64,000 bases of DNA, from positions 4,830 to 68,829 of the forward strand of contig CAZUOG010000001.1 in assembly GCA_964622225.1 (NCBI GenBank). The letters are read 5' to 3'. The notes under the pieces were generated by a model. It searched no databases. It was not told the DNA's origin and saw nothing but the letters and a program-made list of their open reading frames with translations. Source of the DNA: an uncultured Actinomycetes bacterium (GTDB taxonomy: Bacteria; Actinomycetota; Actinomycetes; Nanopelagicales; Nanopelagicaceae). Below are positions 59,990-64,000 of the stretch, in pieces. Each line of letters begins with the position of its first letter. Position 1 is the first letter of the stretch. The position numbers and the translations under genes were made by a program.

Positions 59990-60883
59990 ATGGAGAAAGC
60001 TTATTTTGCAACAGGATGCTTTTGGGGCGCAGAACGTAGATTCTGGAATCTTCCAGGGGTCGTAAGTACATCTGTCGGTTACATGGGTGGACATACTGAA
60101 AATCCAACCTATGAAGAGGTCTGTAAGAAAACTACAAACCATGCTGAAACTGTTGAAGTCACCTTTGATCCGCAGCAGATTTCGTATCAAAGATTGCTTG
60201 AAGAATTCTTCACAATGCATGATCCGACTTCGCTTAATCAACAAGGTGGAGATATTGGAACTCAATATCGAAGCGCTATTTTTTACACCTCTCCAGAGCA
60301 GGAAGCGCTCGCATTTAATGCCGCAAAAGTCTATGGAAAAGTCTTGGCCAACGAAGGTTTAGGCGCAATCGTTACCGAAATTAATGATGCAAAACCTCAT
60401 AAGTATTGGTTAGCCGAGGAGTATCACCAACGTTATTTGGAGAAGAATCCAAATGGCTACGACTGCCATTCTTCAACAGGTGTTGCCTATCCATCGGTCA
60501 ATGAAGATGAATTGAAAAAAAGATTAGATCCTCTTTCTTATGAAGTATTGCGTAAAGGTGCAACAGAGCGCCCTTTTACAGGCGAATACACCGACACAGA
60601 CAAAGTTGGCGTATATAAATGCAAAGCTTGCAATTCCGAACTTTTCCGTAGCGAAACCAAGTTTCATTCAGGATGCGGATGGCCATCTTTCTACGCGCCA
60701 ACCGAAGCTGATGCTGTTATTTTGCTAGAAGATCGTTCACTTGCGCCAAGAGTCAGAACTGAAGTTCGTTGTGCAACATGTAATTCACATTTGGGACATG
60801 TTTTTGAAGGTGAAGGATTTGATACCCCAACAGATCAGCGTTGGTGCATCAATTCAGTTTCATTGATTTTGGAAGATATTTAA
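59990..60883 (+). CDS. msrAB: bifunctional methionine sulfoxide reductase MsrA-MsrB fusion
   Basis: N-terminal GCFWG (MsrA). C-terminal CKACNSELF, CATCNSHLGHVF and RWCINS (MsrB). Confidence 0.9.
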   Translation: MEKAYFATGCFWGAERRFWNLPGVVSTSVGYMGGHTENPTYEEVCKKTTNHAETVEVTFDPQQISYQRLLEEFFTMHDPTSLNQQGGDIGTQYRSAIFYTSPEQEALAFNAAKVYGKVLANEGLGAIVTEINDAKPHKYWLAEEYHQRYLEKNPNGYDCHSSTGVAYPSVNEDELKKRLDPLSYEVLRKGATERPFTGEYTDTDKVGVYKCKACNSELFRSETKFHSGCGWPSFYAPTEADAVILLEDRSLAPRVRTEVRCATCNSHLGHVFEGEGFDTPTDQRWCINSVSLILEDI

Positions 60884-61497
60884 TCTAAATCAATCGCGCG
60901 CCAGCAATACCAAGCGACGATGCTGCGATGAGGTTTAAATTTATCGCCTTTCTTGCCAAGTGCATCAGGGGTGATTTCTTCCTTTAATTTATGGACTTTT
61001 TCCCAACCGCGGCGCACTCCAAGATCTCCAGTTGGCCAGATATCAAGTCTTCCTAATTGCCACATCATGAACATATCTACTGTCCATGGGCCGATTCCCC
61101 AAAGGCTAGTTAAACTTTTGTAGACCTCTTCATCACCCATTTCGTGCAATTTATTGAAATCAACTTGGCGCTCAAGTGCAGCAGTTGCCAATCCCTGAAC
61201 AGTTTTAGCTTTCGCACCAGATAATCCTGCGCCACGTAATTGTTCGATCTCCATTGCCGCAACATTTTTAGGCGTCACTTTTCCGCACTCCAAAACAAAT
61301 CGTTCTTTAATTGTTCGCGCAGCAGCGGTTGCTAATTGCTGCGAGATTACCGAGGAGACTAACGATTCAAAATGACTTCGCTCAGGGTTACTTGTTCCGA
61401 TATCACAGAGTTCAGAACACTCGATTACCGGAGCGAAGCGTTTATCGATTTCAGCGATATCGCGAACGATTTTGCGCATCTTGGCCTGCGTGATCAA
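60880..61497 (-). CDS. HhH-GPD DNA glycosylase (3-methyladenine glycosylase II/AlkA-like)
   Basis: LWGIGPWTVDMF helix-hairpin-helix and catalytic Asp context PTGDLGV. Confidence 0.8.
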   Translation of the reverse strand: MITQAKMRKIVRDIAEIDKRFAPVIECSELCDIGTSNPERSHFESLVSSVISQQLATAAARTIKERFVLECGKVTPKNVAAMEIEQLRGAGLSGAKAKTVQGLATAALERQVDFNKLHEMGDEEVYKSLTSLWGIGPWTVDMFMMWQLGRLDIWPTGDLGVRRGWEKVHKLKEEITPDALGKKGDKFKPHRSIVAWYCWRAIDLD

Positions 61498-61507
61498 AGA
61501 GCCCCCT

Positions 61508-61523
61508 TATGAAAACTTTCATA
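61508..61523. promoter_or_regulatory. palindrome TATGAAA-AC-TTTCATA in the alkA-like/lacI-type divergent spacer
   Basis: Read directly. Candidate LacI-family operator. Confidence 0.45.
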
Positions 61524-61590
61524 ACCATGTAACGTTTGCATAGAATTTACATGTAGTTTCAGAGTTTTACATACTTCTACAGGAGAAGCA

Positions 61591-62592
61591 ATGGCAGGCA
61601 TCAAAGATGTAGCCCGAGAAGCGGGCGTATCTACTGCAACAGTTTCACGCGCACTTCGAGCAATGCAACATGTAAATCCTGAAACCAGAGCAAAAATCGA
61701 AGCTGCCGCAACTAAGTTAAATTACACATTAGCCTCGCTTAAGAACACTGAACCGAAGCGAGCAAACAGTGTTGGAATTATTGCTCCATATATCAGTCGT
61801 TGGTATTTCGCCAAAGTAATTCAAGGCGCGGAACAAGCTCTACAAGAAGCTGGTCTTGATTTACTGGTTTACAACATTAATCAAAATAACGATCGAAATC
61901 GTATTTTTAAAGATGAATATTTGCGCGGCCGAATTGATGCCTTAATTTCAATTAGTGTTCCCCTTAGTGAAGTTGAATTTCAATCAATTCTTGACTTAAA
62001 CATCCCAACTGCATTAGTGGGTACTTCAGATAAGCGAGTATCTAGTATTCGAATCGATGATGTCGCTGGCGCTAGAACTGCAACTCAGCATCTAGTGAAT
62101 CAAGGCCATAAGCGAATTGGACTAATCGGAGGAGTAAATAACAATCCATATCAATTCCCAGTACCGCGCGATCGCAGAATTGGATTTCTTCAGGTGTTAG
62201 AAGAGAGTGGAATTGAATTCGATCCAATGCATGAAGTAATTGGAGATTTTCAAGCCGCAACCGCAATGCAGGCAATGGGAGAATTGTTAGCAAGAAGAAA
62301 TCGACCAACTGCGATTTTTTGCGAATCAGATGAAATGGCAATTGGTGCAATCCAAGCAATTAAGAAACATGGATTAAAAGTTCCTGATGATATTTCAATT
62401 GTAGGTTTTGATAATCATGAAATGTCTGAGTACTTTGATTTAACTACCATCGAACAACCAGTACAAATGCTGGGCGAAATGGCAGCTTGGTCAATTATGG
62501 AAAAACTCAAGAAGCCGGCTTCGGATATGCCAAATTTAACTCTGCCTACTTCATTAATTGTGCGAAATTCGACTCGCAAAATTACTGCGTAA
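61591..62592 (+). CDS. LacI family transcriptional regulator
   Basis: N-terminal HTH IKDVAREAGVSTATVSRAL plus a periplasmic-binding-protein-like core. AGGAG 5 nt upstream. Confidence 0.9.
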   Translation: MAGIKDVAREAGVSTATVSRALRAMQHVNPETRAKIEAAATKLNYTLASLKNTEPKRANSVGIIAPYISRWYFAKVIQGAEQALQEAGLDLLVYNINQNNDRNRIFKDEYLRGRIDALISISVPLSEVEFQSILDLNIPTALVGTSDKRVSSIRIDDVAGARTATQHLVNQGHKRIGLIGGVNNNPYQFPVPRDRRIGFLQVLEESGIEFDPMHEVIGDFQAATAMQAMGELLARRNRPTAIFCESDEMAIGAIQAIKKHGLKVPDDISIVGFDNHEMSEYFDLTTIEQPVQMLGEMAAWSIMEKLKKPASDMPNLTLPTSLIVRNSTRKITA

Positions 62593-62619
62593 GCACGCTC
62601 TCTGTATTACCCTGCCCAT

Positions 62620-63762
62620 ATGAAACTTGAAGCAATGTCGCTTGCCGAAATGCGAACCCATCGAAGTGAAAAATGGCGCGGTTTCCCAGCAGACGTACTA
62701 CCGCTATTCGTGGCAGAGATGGATTTTCCAATCGCAAAACCAATTCAAGATATTTTGCTTGAAATGGTCTCCCATTCAGATATGGGCTACATAAGTTCGA
62801 TTCCAGAGCTGGGTAAAGCTTTTGCTGGCTTTGCCAAGCGTCATTGGAATTGGGATGTGAATCCTGAATATGTACGTCTATGTACCGATGTTGGCGTTGG
62901 TATGGTGGAAGTACTTCGTATTACTACGCAACCTGGTGACAAAGTTCTCGTGAATTCACCGATTTATCAGAATTTTTATAACTGGATTAAAGAGACCAAA
63001 GTAGAGCTTATTGATGTGCCATTTATCCAAGATGGCACGAAGTGGTCATTGGATTTTGAAGGCATTGAAAAAGTTTATGCAGCAGGATTAAAAGTTCATG
63101 CACTTTGCCATCCGCACAATCCGCTCGGACGAATCTATTCAAAAGAAGAGCTTTCTAAGATTGCAGATCTCGCTAAGAAATATGGTGTGACGGTAGTCAG
63201 CGATGAAATTCATGCACCACTTACTTTCCCTGGAAAAGAATTTGTGCCATTTCTAGCGGTAAGTCCAGCTGCAGCTGAAGTTGGAATTTGTGTAACAAGC
63301 GCAAGCAAAGCTTTTAATATCGCAGGTTTAAAGTCCGCACTTATTGTTTCTCAGACTCCTGAAAAACATGAGCTGCTTGCGAAGATGCCAATGTCTGTTC
63401 ATTTCCGATCATCAATCCTCGGCGCATTTGCGGCAGTAGAAGCTTTCAACAACTGCGATGAATGGCTAAAAGCAGCTATTTCCACAATTGAATCAAATGC
63501 GCACTACTTGAAAACTTTATTAGATACGCATTTACCTGCTGCTAAATATGAAATACCTGAATGTTCATATCTAGCTTGGATCGATGTAAGCGCACTTGGA
63601 TTAGGTGATGATCCCAGTAAAGTCTTTTTAGATAAAGGCAGAGTGGCATTCAATGCTGGAAAAATTTATGGTCCATCAGCAACACAATTTGTCAGAATCA
63701 ACTTAGCTACCAGCGAATCGGTATTGGCCGAAGCGGTAAATAGGATGGTTAAATCTCTATGA
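62620..63762 (+). CDS. PLP-dependent aminotransferase class I/II, MalY/PatB-type C-S lyase-like
   Basis: 380 aa. PLP lysine context SASKAFNIAGLK. Confidence 0.78.
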   Translation: MKLEAMSLAEMRTHRSEKWRGFPADVLPLFVAEMDFPIAKPIQDILLEMVSHSDMGYISSIPELGKAFAGFAKRHWNWDVNPEYVRLCTDVGVGMVEVLRITTQPGDKVLVNSPIYQNFYNWIKETKVELIDVPFIQDGTKWSLDFEGIEKVYAAGLKVHALCHPHNPLGRIYSKEELSKIADLAKKYGVTVVSDEIHAPLTFPGKEFVPFLAVSPAAAEVGICVTSASKAFNIAGLKSALIVSQTPEKHELLAKMPMSVHFRSSILGAFAAVEAFNNCDEWLKAAISTIESNAHYLKTLLDTHLPAAKYEIPECSYLAWIDVSALGLGDDPSKVFLDKGRVAFNAGKIYGPSATQFVRINLATSESVLAEAVNRMVKSL

Positions 63763-64000
63763 AACGCTACGACGTAGTTATTGCTGGCGCAGGCCACAAT
63801 GGCTTAGTCGCGGCAAATTACTTAGCTAAAGCCGGCAAAAAGGTTTTAATGCTAGAGGCTCAAGAACAAATTGGCGGTGCAACGCAGAGCGTGCAGGCAT
63901 TTGAAGATTATGACGCTCGCTTATCTAGATATTCGTACCTCATTGCGCTGCTGCCAGACAAAATTGTTTCTGATTTGGGATTAAGTTTTAAGAATCTATC
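63759..64000 (+). CDS. FAD/NAD(P)-dependent oxidoreductase (phytoene-desaturase-like), 5' part; continues past window end
   Basis: ATGA overlap with the previous stop. MKRYDVVIAGAGHNGLVAANYLAKAGKKVLMLE dinucleotide-binding motif. Open to nt 64000. Confidence 0.7.
   Translation, partial: MKRYDVVIAGAGHNGLVAANYLAKAGKKVLMLEAQEQIGGATQSVQAFEDYDARLSRYSYLIALLPDKIVSDLGLSFKNL

Noticed and set aside
59855-60265. 136-aa ORF on the - strand
   Set aside because: It overlaps the hand-folded tRNA-Arg and runs antisense to the well-supported msrAB gene. The sequence is low-complexity and not protein-like.

Overview
This is a near gap-free chromosomal segment, about 70 CDS plus one tRNA-Arg(CCG). I saw no rRNA, CRISPR array, transposase, integrase or prophage signal. 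All names rest on motifs read in the supplied translations; no BLAST or HMM search was possible. Hallmark genes point to an actinobacterium: two WhiB paralogs, MtrA/MtrB, MshB, an AccE-like peptide, a PdtaS-type kinase, and small proteins resembling DUF3117, DUF3107 and DUF3499. The DNA looks AT-rich and genes routinely overlap by 1-20 nt, so a streamlined lineage (acI/Nanopelagicales-like) is plausible but unproven. Blocks in order: (1) nucleoside uptake and catabolism (ABC importer, cdd, deoA, add, P450, convergent with an ALDH pair, deoC and a pentose-phosphate mutase). (2) Acyl-CoA carboxylase (accA, maf, accE, pccB) with birA, purK and purE. (3) A wall-glycopolymer block (ugd, LCP, GT2, ABC-2 exporter, SpoIID-like). 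(4) dapD, LOG, pepA, tatB, mrp. (5) A soluble MgtE-N/CBS protein coupled to an Nramp-related transporter. (6) DEAD helicase, TetR, moeZ, mshB, fdxA, dapC. (7) whiB2-type gene, giant GT2-membrane protein, pmm, ahcY, mtrAB, comF, secA. (8) A four-gene overlapping operon ending in a pdtaS-like kinase, then a whiB1-type gene, tRNA-Arg, msrAB, alkA-like, lacI-type, patB-like. The strongest candidates for new biology are the operon at 56311-59459 and the pair at 30159-32704. The operon encodes a CpaB-like SAF membrane protein, a CpaE/MinD-like protein lacking both Walker A lysines, a very acidic 115-aa protein, and the PdtaS-type kinase. The 30159-32704 pair couples the MgtE-N/CBS protein to a transporter carrying the Mg2+-type (NRMT) binding-site signature. 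Other points of note are a cysteine-free ALDH paralog without a catalytic domain, a stand-alone sigma region-4 mini-protein, a shared TTAC-N6-GTAA palindrome upstream of both whiB genes, mtrAB without lpqB, an Rv3235-like ORF cut by an in-frame TAA, and stop-on-stop overlap at every convergent gene junction.
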